Shown piece after piece: positions 42,689 through 55,800 of a stretch of 64,000 nucleotides of DNA. The translations under genes and the position numbers were made by a program. Under the pieces are notes generated by a model that ran no database searches, was not told where the DNA came from, and saw only the letters and a list, made by a program, of their open reading frames with translations. The stretch comes from an uncultured Clostridia bacterium (GTDB taxonomy: Bacteria; Bacillota; Clostridia; Christensenellales; UBA1242). The stretch spans positions 5,768 through 69,767 of the forward strand of contig CALVJJ010000004.1 of assembly GCA_944332185.1 (NCBI GenBank), in the 5' to 3' direction. The first letter of the stretch is position 1, and each line of letters opens with the position of its first letter.

Positions 42689-42947
42689 AGATTTTTAAAT
42701 GCGATGAATGTGTTTTAGTAGATACATCTGTATGGTAAGAGAGTTGTGGTCATAGGCTGAAAACCATAATACAATAAGATGTGTTCGAATTTCGCCACAG
42801 GAGCATCTAGTAGAAATATTAGACGGGTTATCTCCGTTAAAAGATAGAATGAGGAGAGAGAATTCTCTTGAATTCGGGTGGTACCACGAATCAATTCGTC
42901 CCGTATATGTTTTTGCATATACGGGCTTTTTTTGTAAGAAGGAGGAA
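42689..42947 (+). promoter_or_regulatory. T-box riboswitch leader, Phe-specific
   Basis: GA/K-turn motif (gcGATGAa), AGAGAG box, and a specifier region GUUCGAAUUUCG that offers only Phe codons (UUC/UUU). The T-box sequence is aattcGGGTGGTACCACGaa (42871-42890). A terminator GTCCCGTATATG...CATATACGGGC followed by T7 lies at 42898-42933. Confidence 0.9.
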
Positions 42948-42949
42948 GT

Positions 42950-43975
42950 ATGAAAGAATTAGAACAAATAAGAACAATGTACCAACACAAAAACAAAGAT
43001 ATTCATAATTTGGACACATGGAACGAAGTAAAAAATCTCTTTTTAGGTAAAAATGGGTATGTTACTTCTTGTATGAAGGAAATTAAAAACTTAGATCCAA
43101 AAGATAGAAAAAGTTTTGGAGAAGCAGTGAATCAATTAAAAAATGAAATCACTGTTTTACTAGACAAGAAAAAAGTAGAACTAGAAAATCTGGAGATTGA
43201 AGAAAAGATCAAAAGTATGCCAAGACTAGATCTTACTATTCCTACCCAAGAAGAATGTGGAAGTTTGCATCCAGTAACGATTGTGCAACAAAAACTCATT
43301 GATGTATTTCGTAGTATGGGGTTTGCTGTGGAAGATGGTAACGAAATCGAAACAGAATACAACAACTTTGAAGCTGTGAATATTCCAAAACATCATCCAG
43401 CACGTGATATGCAAGATACTTTCTATCTTAATAATGGGCAACTTTTAAAAACACATACTTCAGCTAGTCAAAATAGAATTATGAAAAAATATGGAGCTCC
43501 TTTAAAAGTGATATTCCCTGGAAGATGCTTTCGTAATGAAGAATTAGATGCTAGTCACGAAAACACTTTCTTCCAAATGGAAGGTATGATGATCGATAAA
43601 GATGTTTCGATTAGTAATTTGATTTACTTTATGAAAACCATGTTATCAGAAGTCTTTGGAAAAGAAGTGAATGTGAGATTGCGTCCGGGATTTTTCCCTT
43701 TTGTCGAACCAGGATTTGAATTGGATTGTTCTTGCCCATATTGTGGAGGAAAAGGTTGCAAAGTTTGTAAACAAAGTGGTTGGATTGAACTTTGTCCTTG
43801 TGGTATGATTCACCCTAATGTTTTAACAATGGGTGGAATCAATCCAGAAGAATACCAAGGGTTTGCATTTGGTTTGGGGTTAAGTAGATTGGTCATGATG
43901 ACGTATGGAATTGATGATATTCGACATCTTAATGGAAAAGATTTGAAAGTATTAGAGCAAACAAAGGTAAAATAA
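42950..43975 (+). CDS. pheS: phenylalanyl-tRNA synthetase alpha subunit
   Basis: 341 aa with class II motifs (HPARDMQDTFY, FPGRCFRNE, GFAFGLGLSRL). Confidence 0.96.
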   Translation: MKELEQIRTMYQHKNKDIHNLDTWNEVKNLFLGKNGYVTSCMKEIKNLDPKDRKSFGEAVNQLKNEITVLLDKKKVELENLEIEEKIKSMPRLDLTIPTQEECGSLHPVTIVQQKLIDVFRSMGFAVEDGNEIETEYNNFEAVNIPKHHPARDMQDTFYLNNGQLLKTHTSASQNRIMKKYGAPLKVIFPGRCFRNEELDASHENTFFQMEGMMIDKDVSISNLIYFMKTMLSEVFGKEVNVRLRPGFFPFVEPGFELDCSCPYCGGKGCKVCKQSGWIELCPCGMIHPNVLTMGGINPEEYQGFAFGLGLSRLVMMTYGIDDIRHLNGKDLKVLEQTKVK

Positions 43976-43986
43976 GGAGGTAAGAT

Positions 43987-46347
43987 ATGTACATTTCAGT
44001 TAATTGGTTAAAAGATTTTGTGAATTTAGATGGTTTGAATATAGAAGATGTTGTACAACAATTTACCTTGTCTTGTGCTGAAGTAGAAGGCGTAGAATAC
44101 AAAGGAAAAGATGTACAAGGGGTCATTACAGCAAGAATTGAAAAAGTAGTAGATCACCCAAATAGTAAAAAATTGCATTTGCTAGAAGTGAATACTGGGA
44201 AAGAAAAACTGGCTGTCGTATGTGGTGCACCTAATGTCAAAGTCGGTATGATAACAGCTTTTGCACCAATCGGCGCACAGGTAGGACAACTAACCATAGG
44301 AAAAGCAATCGTTGGTGGATATGAAAGTTATGGTATGTGTTGTAGTGCAAAAGAGTTAGGAATATCTGATGATCATAGTGGAATTCTAGAATTTAGTGCA
44401 GATCAACAAATTGGTGTTGATGTAAAGAAAGTGCTACCTATTGACGATATCATTATAGAAATTGACAATAAGTCCCTAACTAATCGTCCAGATATGTGGG
44501 GACATTACGGGATTGCAAGAGAAATTGCAGCTATTACAGGTAGAACATTACAGCCTTATATTGTAGATCAACATACATATAGTGGAAAAGAAAATCTTGC
44601 TATTGAAGTGCTTTCTCCTAGTTGTTATCGATACAGTGCTGTTCGTATCGGTCATGTAACAAAACACAGTAGTCCAGAACAATTAAAAATTAGACTATAT
44701 TACTGTGGTATGAGAGCTATCTCTTTGCTGGCTGACCTAACCAATTATATTATGTTGGAACTAGGACAACCAATGCATAGTTTTGATGGAAGTAAAATTC
44801 AAAGTATAACCGTACGTGATATTCAGCAAAATACACCATTTACCACTCTTGATGGGGTACAAAGAATCCTTCCTAGTGGCACGATGGTGATCGACACCAA
44901 TCATGAAATTGGTGCAATCGCAGGTGTTATGGGTGGCCAAAGTACAGAAATAGAAGAAAATACAGATAGTGTATTCTTGGAAGTAGCAAATTTTGAAGCT
45001 GTAAAAGTAAGAAAAACAGCTACTGCGATTGGTTTGCGTAGCGAATCTAGTGCTAGATATGAAAAAAGTCTTGATCCAGAAATGACGATGATGGCTTTGC
45101 GTAGATATATCTATCTATTACAAACCATTGATCCAAATTGTGAAGTTGTTAGCAATATATGTGATGTTTGTGTCAAAAAATACGATAAAATTGTCATCAA
45201 CATAACAAAACAATTCATTGACAAATATACCGGAGTAGATATTCCTCAAGAAAGAATGGTGCACATTTTGACGTCTTTGGGATTTCAAGTTACAGAGAAT
45301 GGTAGTGAACTATGTGTTCATGTTCCATCTTGGCGTGCTACCAAAGATATTTCTAATAAAGCAGATATTGTAGAGGAAATTACCAGAGTCTATGGGTATG
45401 ATAATATTGTTAGTAAACCATCTACACAACCTATCAAACCATTAAGAATAGGAACAGATATTGTGCGTGAATATGATATCAAGTATATGTTAGCCCAAAG
45501 ATATAATTGGCACGAAATTCATAGTTATATATGGGAAGATCAACCTACCAATGCTATGTTAGGTATTGAAACACCATCTTACATTTATCTTATCAATTCC
45601 TTGCAAAAGGATAATGAAAATATTCGTTCTAGTATGAAACCAACTATGATTCGTACTTTGTTGCAAAACAAACGTTATGCAGATGACTTTGGTGTATTTG
45701 AAATAGGACATGTTGTGACAGGAATGAAAGATCATCTTGCTCAAGAAGAAAAACATTTGGGTATAGGTGTTATGACAAAACAAAACAATTTTGCTCAAAA
45801 ACTGCTTGAAGTCAAAGATAGTATCTTGTATCTATTCCACTATGTCTTACAATTACCTGTTCGTTTAGAAGAAAGTCGACCAACAGAAGAATATTTGTGT
45901 CCAATCAATCATTATGATATTATCTGTGATCATGAAAGTGTTGGAAATATTGGTGTCTTACACCCAAAAGTACAACAAAAAATTGATGCAGAAAAAGTAG
46001 TTATTTTAGTAGAACTCAATGTGTCCAAAATTTATCAAAAACCTGCAGAAATATCGAAATATGAGAGTGTGTCCAAATATCCTACAACCAGTCTTGATTT
46101 TAATTTTGTGTTGGATCAGGAAAAACATTATGGAGATATTGAGGAGATTGCACATAAAATACCTACAACTCTATCTTACCATGTGGAATTACTAGATATT
46201 TTTGATAATGGAAATACAAAGAATTATACTTTAAGATATTTTGTTACCAGCAAAGATCATACATTATCTAGTGAAGAAATAGAACAATTCCATACTTCTG
46301 TTATTACAACCTTTGAACAACATGGTGTGTATTTAAAAACAGAATAA
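43987..46347 (+). CDS. pheT: phenylalanyl-tRNA synthetase beta subunit
   Basis: 786 aa with an N-terminal tRNA-binding OB domain (MYISVNWLKDFV...), B3/4 and B5 regions, and a C-terminal FDX-ACB-like end. RBS AAGGAGG. Confidence 0.95.
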   Translation: MYISVNWLKDFVNLDGLNIEDVVQQFTLSCAEVEGVEYKGKDVQGVITARIEKVVDHPNSKKLHLLEVNTGKEKLAVVCGAPNVKVGMITAFAPIGAQVGQLTIGKAIVGGYESYGMCCSAKELGISDDHSGILEFSADQQIGVDVKKVLPIDDIIIEIDNKSLTNRPDMWGHYGIAREIAAITGRTLQPYIVDQHTYSGKENLAIEVLSPSCYRYSAVRIGHVTKHSSPEQLKIRLYYCGMRAISLLADLTNYIMLELGQPMHSFDGSKIQSITVRDIQQNTPFTTLDGVQRILPSGTMVIDTNHEIGAIAGVMGGQSTEIEENTDSVFLEVANFEAVKVRKTATAIGLRSESSARYEKSLDPEMTMMALRRYIYLLQTIDPNCEVVSNICDVCVKKYDKIVINITKQFIDKYTGVDIPQERMVHILTSLGFQVTENGSELCVHVPSWRATKDISNKADIVEEITRVYGYDNIVSKPSTQPIKPLRIGTDIVREYDIKYMLAQRYNWHEIHSYIWEDQPTNAMLGIETPSYIYLINSLQKDNENIRSSMKPTMIRTLLQNKRYADDFGVFEIGHVVTGMKDHLAQEEKHLGIGVMTKQNNFAQKLLEVKDSILYLFHYVLQLPVRLEESRPTEEYLCPINHYDIICDHESVGNIGVLHPKVQQKIDAEKVVILVELNVSKIYQKPAEISKYESVSKYPTTSLDFNFVLDQEKHYGDIEEIAHKIPTTLSYHVELLDIFDNGNTKNYTLRYFVTSKDHTLSSEEIEQFHTSVITTFEQHGVYLKTE

Positions 46348-46354
46348 CAAATAA

Positions 46355-46390
46355 GAAAAGAAAAGGAAAGCAATCCTTTTCTTTTTTTTA
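46355..46390 (+). terminator. rho-independent terminator of pheST
   Basis: GAAAAGG-aaagcaat-CCTTTTC followed by T8. Confidence 0.75.
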
Positions 46391-46637
46391 TGTTTTAAAA
46401 TAGTAAGACAAACTCGTCATACATTGATACTGTTTTTTGATCAGTAATAACGATACAAATGGACTATAAAAAGCTAATGATATTTATCAAAAAATACAGA
46501 ATAAATCAAAATATGTATTTGCAAAAAAATACGTCATCATCAATGGAAAATGTGTATGAAATTGCATGGAAAATATATAAAAAAACAATCCATCATGAAG
46601 CGATATTTTTATAAGTATTATTTTTTTATTATATAAG

Positions 46638-46674
46638 TATTTTGTTTGACAATTTTAGACAAAAATTTTATACT
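46638..46674 (+). promoter_or_regulatory. promoter of giant gene 2 (homologous to 13383-13420)
   Basis: TTGACA (46646-46651), 17-nt spacer, TATACT (46669-46674). The upstream tattttgtttgacaa string and the GACAAAAA element are the same as for giant gene 1. Confidence 0.6.
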
Positions 46675-46786
46675 TAATTATAGCATAAATAATCTTGAAT
46701 TTTATCTTTTTTACAGGGGTAAATTTTGAGATAAAATATGTATGAAAAATGTTCAATTTTCAAAAAATAAAAATACAGGTGAACAA

Positions 46787-46861
46787 ATGGAAAAATTCAA
46801 ATCTAAAATTAGTCTTATTTCTATGATGTTTTTATGGGCAATCCTTCTGCTTGCAGGGTGT
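46787..46861 (+). other. lipoprotein signal peptide and lipobox (LLAG-C25) of giant protein 2
   Basis: A basic n-region (KFKSK), a hydrophobic core, and LLAGC followed by GNPY, identical to the giant 1 cleavage region. Confidence 0.8.
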
Positions 46862-49800
46862 GGAAATCCTTATAGAAATATGAAACTAGAAATAGACAGC
46901 AAAATTGCTGTGGAAAATGGACAATATACTTTTGATGTAGACTTGGAAAATGACGAGCCTACTCCTTTTACATTCAGTGTGAATGTTGCAGGGGCAAAAA
47001 AAGGAGTAAATACCAATGTTATTGTATCATCTAGTCAAACAGAATATGTCACGGTAGATCAAACAGTAGTCAATGGTTCTAATACAGATGTACGATTGAC
47101 AGCATATCGTGTTGGACAAAGTCTAATCACAGTCAAAAGTGTAGAAGGAAATTTGACAGAGACTATTGTAGTAAGAGTCAACAAGCCTGTGGAAGATATT
47201 GTGGTTGACACAACTTCTTTGTACATAGAACGTGGGGTTGCCATAGATATGAGAGAAGTTGTCTCTTATTTGCCTACAGATACCAATCGCAAAGATTTGA
47301 TTTTGCAAGTAGGGCAAGTAGATATTCCAGCAGAAGAAAATCAAATTCTAATAGATGGGAATATGCTTACGGTAGATCAAAATTCTACAGTGCAATCTTT
47401 TGAACTTTCTATTCGTTCTCTATACAATGAAGATATTGAATCCAAACAAATCACTATACACGTTGTCGATGTGATACAAAATGATGCCATTGTGATCAAA
47501 TATGAAAAAGAAGGCGAATTCGTAGAATTAGAAAAGAATAACAATGGACAATATGTATTATCCATGGCACAAAATAGTGAAAATATTGGAGATTTTTCTA
47601 AAAACATTGCTTTCTTTGTAAGAACTCCAGAAGAAGATATATTGCTTGATCCAGCAACATACCAATTAGGGATTATCAATCAGCAAGGGGTTTTTACCGA
47701 TCATTATACAGATAGTTATGTTGATGTAACGAAGATGGATACTACATTCCAAATCATGGAACAAGGTATGGGATCCACGGTGTTAACATTTGGGTATCAA
47801 CATAAACTATTGGACACCAATTCCATCAAAAAGGTAACGTTACAAGTACTAGTGGAATACTATCCAGAATCCATCGTAGTAACCAATCAAAATGTACAAC
47901 TTGATGAAAATCATGGCATGACTATTTTTGATGAAGATAGACCATATGGCGATGGTAGCAATGCAATCCGTGTTAGTATACGCACTCTAAATGATACTGT
48001 TTTGACACGTTCTCCTTTCTATATTCATCTAGAAGGGGAACAAATAGCAGACTATAAAGTATCTTTGTACAATCGTAATGGCATTGTTGATCCAACGGCA
48101 ATGTATACCGAACAAGATGGTCCTTTCTATATTGTACATAACTATCCATCAGATGTGGAAATTGGAACATTTTCTCTAGTTATTACCAGTGCTGTAAGTG
48201 GTGTAGATCTTACAAAAACCATTCCTTTGCAATTTGTGAGAGGACAAATGGATATTGCTACCAATCAATCTATTTATTATCTTAACGTTGATGGAACAGC
48301 AGAAGATGGTACCAATATACAAAATATTACCTTTACAGGTATCAACGCAACGGAACTTTGGGAAAGTTTCCAAATTATTGGTATGCAAGATAGTCTAGTT
48401 ACTTGGGAATGGCTTGCTGATCATTCTGGTTTGTTGCTAACAGCCAATCTAGAAGGACGTACGGGAAAATTCGATGTGCGATTTGTGGCACCAAATGGTA
48501 ATGTGTGTGTAGCAACGATTGTTGTATTCCATGAATTACAAGATGCTAGCTTATATGTAGGGAATGCAGTACCTAGCAATATTGCTATTGCTTCTGTAGA
48601 AACTGTTACAGAAGATGTGATTGCGAATGCTCCTACTTATCAATTCTTAAGTGGGACTCAAGTACCATTAAACTTTATTCTCAATGGTACCGTACAATCT
48701 TTGTTCGAGGGAACAAGAGTTCAAGTACAATTAAGTGGACGAGGGGTGACCTTTAGAGCAGATAATCAATCTTTTACAGTTACCAGTAGTGCTGTAGAAA
48801 CTGTGGTGACTTTGACACTGCAAGGGTATGATAATACTGGACAGTCTTATGCAACTGTAAAATATTTTGTGTTTAAAGTTAGTCCTGTTTTACCAATCAC
48901 GCAAGTGACGATAGATCAACCAACAGGTAGTTCTAGTTTTCAAATTTATAGTAGATATGAACTAGATAGTTTGGAAGATGATACACTGAAAAAAGCAACT
49001 ATTCGCTATCGTGTATACCCAACTACCGTTAAGTATATGGATCCTACTTGGGAAGTGTTTGGTACACAAGGCAACACTATTGCACAACTGACTTACAATG
49101 AAAATGAACAATCTTCCACTTCTAGTGTGCAAATATCTTATACTTTAGGTCAAAATAATGAAAAACTTTATAAAACTTATGCTATTCGTTATGGCGATCA
49201 TACTATATTCGTAGAATTAAATTTGAAAGATAAAAGTTATGCTGTGGTCTATGCTAATATTATCAATGCAGATATTGTTACCTTCCATATTCGTGTAAAA
49301 CTAATGCAAGAATATCAAGACACCAATATGGTCACCACATACCTTTATAATGAAGAAGCTTATGCGACTATACAGGTACAAAAACCTACAAAAGTAGAGT
49401 CTATACGATTTGAAAATTTGCAAAAAGAAAATGATGAATATGTGTATTATTTTGATATTCGTGATATGCAACTAAATGGCAATCAATTCGTAGGCAACAA
49501 TACAGCTTCTATTAGAACCAATATCTATCCTATCGATTCTGTCAATACTAATTTGGTAATTGAAACAAAAGTTTGGGAAAGTGTAGATCAAGGTAGGACA
49601 TATCAAGATACAGGAAGTTCTGCGATTGCTTATCTTAATTATACCGTCCAAAATGTTGATGGGAAAAATTATCAAAAAGACTTACAAATTGAATTGTTGC
49701 AACTTCTTAATCAAGAAGGAGATGATGGATATATTACTAGATACATTGAAGTAATCATTTATGCACAAGATAGTAAAAACGGATCTAGCTACACCATTAG

Positions 49801-52800
49801 GAATCAATTCAAAATTTTCTTACTAGATGGTTCAGAAAGTAATCCATTTAGAGTACGAACGGCAGAAGATGTCGATGATATGAGAAATGGACTCAATAGC
49901 CATTATGTTTTAACGAATAATATTGACTTATCGTACTATATTGCGACTAGAATGAATGGTTCTTGGTCGCCAATCGGAGATAAGAATACACCTTTTACAG
50001 GATCTTTACGTAGTCAAAATACAGATGAATTCTATGGGAAATATACCATTAGTGGTTTATCATTTGTGGAAAACAGCAACACCAATAACATGCTTGTCAA
50101 CGATGTTGAAAATCACAAGGAATACTTCATTGGTCTATTTGGATATTTGGGTGATGGTGCAAGTTTACGTAGTTTTGATGTTGTTGTAAAACAATTTGAT
50201 GTAGTCCAAACCAAAGGTACAGTAGGTGATATGTTGTATTTTGGTGTACTAGCAGGTGCAACAGCAAAAAATACCACGATTGCAGGTGTAGGTGTCTATG
50301 ATAATCGTGGTGCGACAGTCAATCCAACAGGCAATGGTGTACAATTTGTTTCTACTTCTTCTATCACAGCTTACATAGGTGGTATGGTAGGATTCAATCA
50401 AGGCAGAATGACAAGTGCTACAGATACCACGCATGGAGTAGAGTATCGTTTGCAAGTCAATCTTGTCATGAGTGTACTAGACAATAGTACGACGGGAGCT
50501 TCTACTGTTGTGTATGTTGGTGGTATGGTGGGAGCTAATTCTGGAACAATTCAAAATTCCGAAAACAATACCCTTCTTTTTGGGGTGGACACGTATGATG
50601 TAGTAGTAGATATCAATCCTACCAACAATCAAGTATCTAACAGGAATTCTGTCTTTGGTGGGGTAGCAGGTAAGAACACAGGGACTATTCAACAACTACA
50701 AGTCTTGGCACACATCAAGGCATACAATCAAGTTGGTGGAGCAGTAGGATCTCAAGAAAGTGGTGTTTTACATTCACTTACTGTAGCTCCTTACATAAGA
50801 GGAAATGAAAGTATTGGTGGACTAATTGGTGTCATTAGTGGATACTCTTCTATCGATGATACCCATATAGAATTCTATGGCTATCAATATGCTAATAGCA
50901 TTGAAAATTCGAGTATCGTAGGAAAGGATAAAGTAGGTGGTTTGATTGGAACAACAACCACAAGAAGTAGTTTTACCATTAAAAATACATCTATTTATTC
51001 TTACACAAAAGCAACTGTTGAGGATTATTTGCCTACAGCAACTTCTGCTTTCTGGGGTGATGTAGTAGCACAGAATACTGATGCGTATTTGTCCTTAGGA
51101 ATTGGTTACCAAGGATCAAGTAATGCACAAAATATTGTGGTTACTTGGAATAATATTTTCGTATCTGCAAGTATGCAAAACTTTGCTTCTACCAATTCCC
51201 ATGCACTATTACCAAATGGTGCTATGGTGGTATACAACACATCACTGCATGTCACGATACCAACTGAAATCGACTCTATAGAAACATTTGCATTTGGAAC
51301 AGCTGTCACCAATTCTTATGCAGTCATCAATGAAAGTTTTGTAGGATATGATACCACAACTTCTTATACTAATTATCAAGAATTCTTAACTCAAATGAGT
51401 ACTATGATTTATACCTTTGATCAGGCAAAAGGAAATGCTGAAAAGGGATTGAATTTTGATAGTCAGGATCCTACTTATACCCAAGCACAAAAAACACAAT
51501 ATGAAAATGCAGTCTTCTATGCACATGAAGATTATACGATCACGATTGGAGATGTGACTTATCCATATTTGATCAACTTGGCAGGAACTGATGATCGTGG
51601 CACACCTTACGTGACAGATCTTACGACACAAACATTGCAACTTGTAGGCAGTGTACAATTACTTGTCAATTTGCCACCATTAGGGGTGACTTGTGAAGCA
51701 AAAGTGACTGTAGTGGGTATGGTTCGTCTGGCAGATAGCAACTATGATCAAAATGGTAACTTGATTGGAGATGTTGATGGTAGTTTGACAAGAGCTTTAG
51801 AGGAAGAAAATTTAAAACCTTTAGAGGAAATTCTATCTATAACAGCCATTCCAGCATTCTTAACCAACTCCAAAGTACAAGTGGTGGCGAACAATCGAAA
51901 AGTAGCAGAAATTGTGAGCTACAATGGAGCATCTTACTTGAAACTAAATGGTATTGGGGAAGTGACCTTAACTATCACAAGTTTGTATGATAGTACGATC
52001 ACAGCAAGTGCAACCCTTCAAGTGATAGATCAAGTGCTAGGATTTGGACTATATGAAGATGATGCTTATGCAGATTCCATTGTATTAAGTAATGATGACG
52101 CATTTCAATCACAATCTACTTTAACGATGGAAAAGGGAACGACCTTATCTATTTACTCTAAAATGATGCAAGATTGGAATGGATACCAACAAACCATGGA
52201 TTCTTCTTCCATTGGTGTAAGGTATCGCATTACAGCGATTGAAAATGAAAAACATGAAGATGTTGCGATTGATGAACAATATTTGACCATCAATGGTAAG
52301 ACAGGCACAATGTGGGAAAGTGCTTTAGGGCAAATGACCATGAAAGGATTGCAATCTGGCACAGTAACATTAGAAGCTTGTCCATATTATCGTAGTGGAG
52401 ATACAACCATCTACTATGAAGAGTATGCTGTTCAATTTGATCTCGATATTATTAACGGAACACAAGATGTGTTTGTAGAAGGACAAACGACAAGTATTCG
52501 TTTTGAACCAAGCAATACAACACAAAGATTTGCTGTTAGTATTGAAACAGACAAAGATAATGAGCAATTAGTTTTGTTGTTGACAGATTCCTATAATATG
52601 CATTATACATTTGTGCTTGATACAAAGAATTGGAAACAACAAAACACAATACAATTAGGGTATATGTTGTTATCTTGTGAATTTAGTAAGAATGACAACA
52701 TTATGACTTTTGCTTTCTATGTAAGAGCAGATATGTCAAAACTCTATCAACAAATAGACGAAATAGGCGAAACACAAGTCTTAGACAGTCTCAATACTGC

Positions 52801-55800
52801 TGTTAGTGTACAATTCGATTTTTATGTTTTAGGTCAAGAATCCATCGATATCTTGCCACAAGCCACTTCCACAACCGACAACAAATATACTTTGGATAAA
52901 ACTGGTTTCTTCCAAATTTCTACGGCAAGTCGTTCGGAAGTCATTAGTAAAGCCAATAGCAATGTTATCAACTATCCAAATTTGATCATAACCATGAATA
53001 CAGAAGAATTAAAACATGGTGCGATGAATGCATATCATTATCCAAACAACCTAGAAAAACAAATAGAAGCAACTACAGAAGAAACTAAAGAAGAAAGTTA
53101 TGTCTTTAATGGAGAGGAAATTCCATACGACACCATTTTAAGTGGTAAAAATGGATTGTTAAAAATTGACTATACTCCAATTTATGCCAATGTAGATTAT
53201 GTAGAAATTACTTCTACTGCTATCAATGGACAATATATTCGTTTTGACCAAATGATCAAAACTTATACCTTATCCACTGTAGGGGATACTTCTACTATAA
53301 ACATTCAATATGTAAGAGATAGTGAAAGTGCAGATCCTATAGAAAATGGTATTACTCTTGGAAAACGTAGTTTTGCATACAATGGAAAGACAATGTTTAA
53401 CGGATCATTCTATGTCCGTACAACGATACCATCAAGTATACAAGCAGGGAACGTATATACGATTACCATTAGAGCATATAAGTATTTGCCAACTGGAGAA
53501 TCTGTGCTTGTAGATACCATGACAAAACAACTAGATGTTTTGATGCCACCTAGTGTATCTATCTCTTGTTCAACCCAAGCGATTGCACGAGGTATGACAC
53601 AAAACTTTACGTTGAAGATCAATGGACAAGATGATACAACCACTTTGTCATTTGAACAGTCTACATTGAAAAAAGGTAATGTTTCCTATTCTTATGGTAA
53701 TTATTTTACCATTCAAAGCATGGGCAATGATCAATATCAAGTCTGGGTATCTTCTGCCGTTCCACAAGGTGCAGAATTAAATATTGTCTATAAAGTTAGC
53801 AAACGTATCAATGGTGTCAATATTGAAGAAACCAATTTACAACAACCATTGACCTTGACAGTAGCAGATTTTGTTGTGAATGCTATTGGGGTAGAAAATG
53901 TATACAATGGTAGATTCGTTGGATTGCTCAATCAATTCTATACCTTACGCATTGTACTAACAGATGTCACCTATAATAGTAGAACTTTAGGGGTAGCACA
54001 AGCTATTACAAACCTAGAAAATACCTTGTCAACACTTGCGTATACGACACAAAATACTACGTTGACTTCTACTTGGTGGACACAAGAAGGAAATGATCTT
54101 ACACAGATAAAAACGCAAAGTTATGCAGGATTCATAGCAAGTACTTCAAAACAAGAGGACAATAGTGTTTCTATACGAGTGAAAAACACGGTCTTAACAA
54201 CCAACACGCTTCTCAAAGCTAGAACCTATCTATATTATGGGGACAATGGGATTGTGGCTGTGCCATACAATCAAATTGGTTTACCTGCTTATAATGGACT
54301 ATGTCAAAACTTAGAGTATGATTTCACGTTTGATTGTTATCAATATACTGATGAAGAAAATCCAACTCCAATATACAATGAAGAACAATTCATTGATATG
54401 GTAGACAATGGAGTAGGTGATTATCGTCTTATGGCAGATCTTACTCTGTCTAATTGGACACCAAGGAATACATATCATTCAACAAGTGATGCTGTGAGTG
54501 GACAAACTGTAACTGGAGTCATTAGTAGTTTTGATGGCAATGGATATGTGATCAAAATAGAAAGTTTTAATACACAAGCTATTCAGGAAACAGGCATTGC
54601 TGGATTGTTCGCTACAGTGCATGAAGATACATTACTGAAGAATATTACCGTTCTATTAGAACCAACGGGCGATGCTCAAAGGGTAGAAGTGGACCAAGAA
54701 GGCAATGGTCTAGCATCTTCTGAAAATTCTGTTGATGAATTCGATATAGAGATTGATTTGACTGGTAATGATACCGTCTATTATGGAACCATTGCAGGTA
54801 TCAATAATGGTATGATTACCAACTGTGCTGTCACGTATAATACCGAAGCTTATCAAGATCAAAGAATCAACGAACTTCTACAAGGTACAGAAGTAAGCCC
54901 TATTAATGTTTTGTCTTTTGAGGAATACGAATTGTATACGACTGTGGGCGATCAATTAAAAGATACAGATGGAAATTATCGCTTCTATCAAGCAGTTGAG
55001 AAAGTAAGTAATTTCCACAATACCATTTATGACACTGTCATACAAAATAATAATGTGATCAAAAATGGTAGAACTTTGACCTCTATTTGGATAGAGTCTG
55101 ATCTTGGAATCAGTGCTTATGTTGGAGGACTTGTTGGACAAAATAACGGGTATATTACCAATTCTAGAGTAGAACATATCAGTATCAAAGGTAGTGGGTA
55201 TGTTGCAGGACTGGTAGCAGAAAATACCAATAAGATTAGCAGTAGTTATTATAAAGATGGGAATATTAAAAACAACTTCAATTCTACCACCAATGCCGGA
55301 ACGGGTGGATTAGTTGCGATCAATAGTGGCTATATTGGATATAGTTATGTAGAAGGACGTAATCCATACCAAATGATGATTGGACAAGAATTAGAAGGTG
55401 ATTTTGAAACAGTAGCGAATCGATCAGTCACCAGCGTGGATCTCACAAAATTCACGGGTGACAATTATGAGAGTTTGCTAGAATTAGGTATGTATGCTGT
55501 CAGTATGCGTAATACATATTCAGCAATTAATACCAATACGCATGCTGGTGGATTTGTATATGATAATACCGGTACCATTACCAATAGTTATGCTAATATC
55601 TTAGTCAACTCTACAGGTGACTCAGCAGGATTTGTGTATCAAAATGGTGAAAATGGTTCTATCAGTGAAGTATATTCTTTAAGTAGTGTTGCGATCAACA
55701 AACGAAACGCTTCTCAATTTAGTGGTCGAACAACCAGCGGGAATTGGCTCAATCAAGGAACGATCGAACACAGTGTATACTTAAAAGTAGAAGGATTGGA

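Noticed and set aside
46459-46614. 51-codon ORF (MDYKKLMIFIKKYRINQNMYLQ...) just upstream of the giant gene 2 promoter, faintly HTH-like.
   Set aside because: There is no Shine-Dalgarno sequence. The K/I/N-rich composition is what random AT-rich sequence would give. It shows no similarity to SpoIIID or to the XRE protein in this window.
13587-54700. Zinc-metalloprotease (HEXXH) domain in the giant proteins, expected because GLUG motifs occur in IgA1/Zmp proteases.
   Set aside because: I scanned all of giant protein 1 and the hand-translated part of giant protein 2. Every H-E is followed by a non-His at +3 (HELSA, HEDAQ, HEADE, HEYLG, HELQD, HEDYT, HEDVA, HEDTL). No HEXXH is present. The unseen and unscanned remainder of protein 2 is still open.
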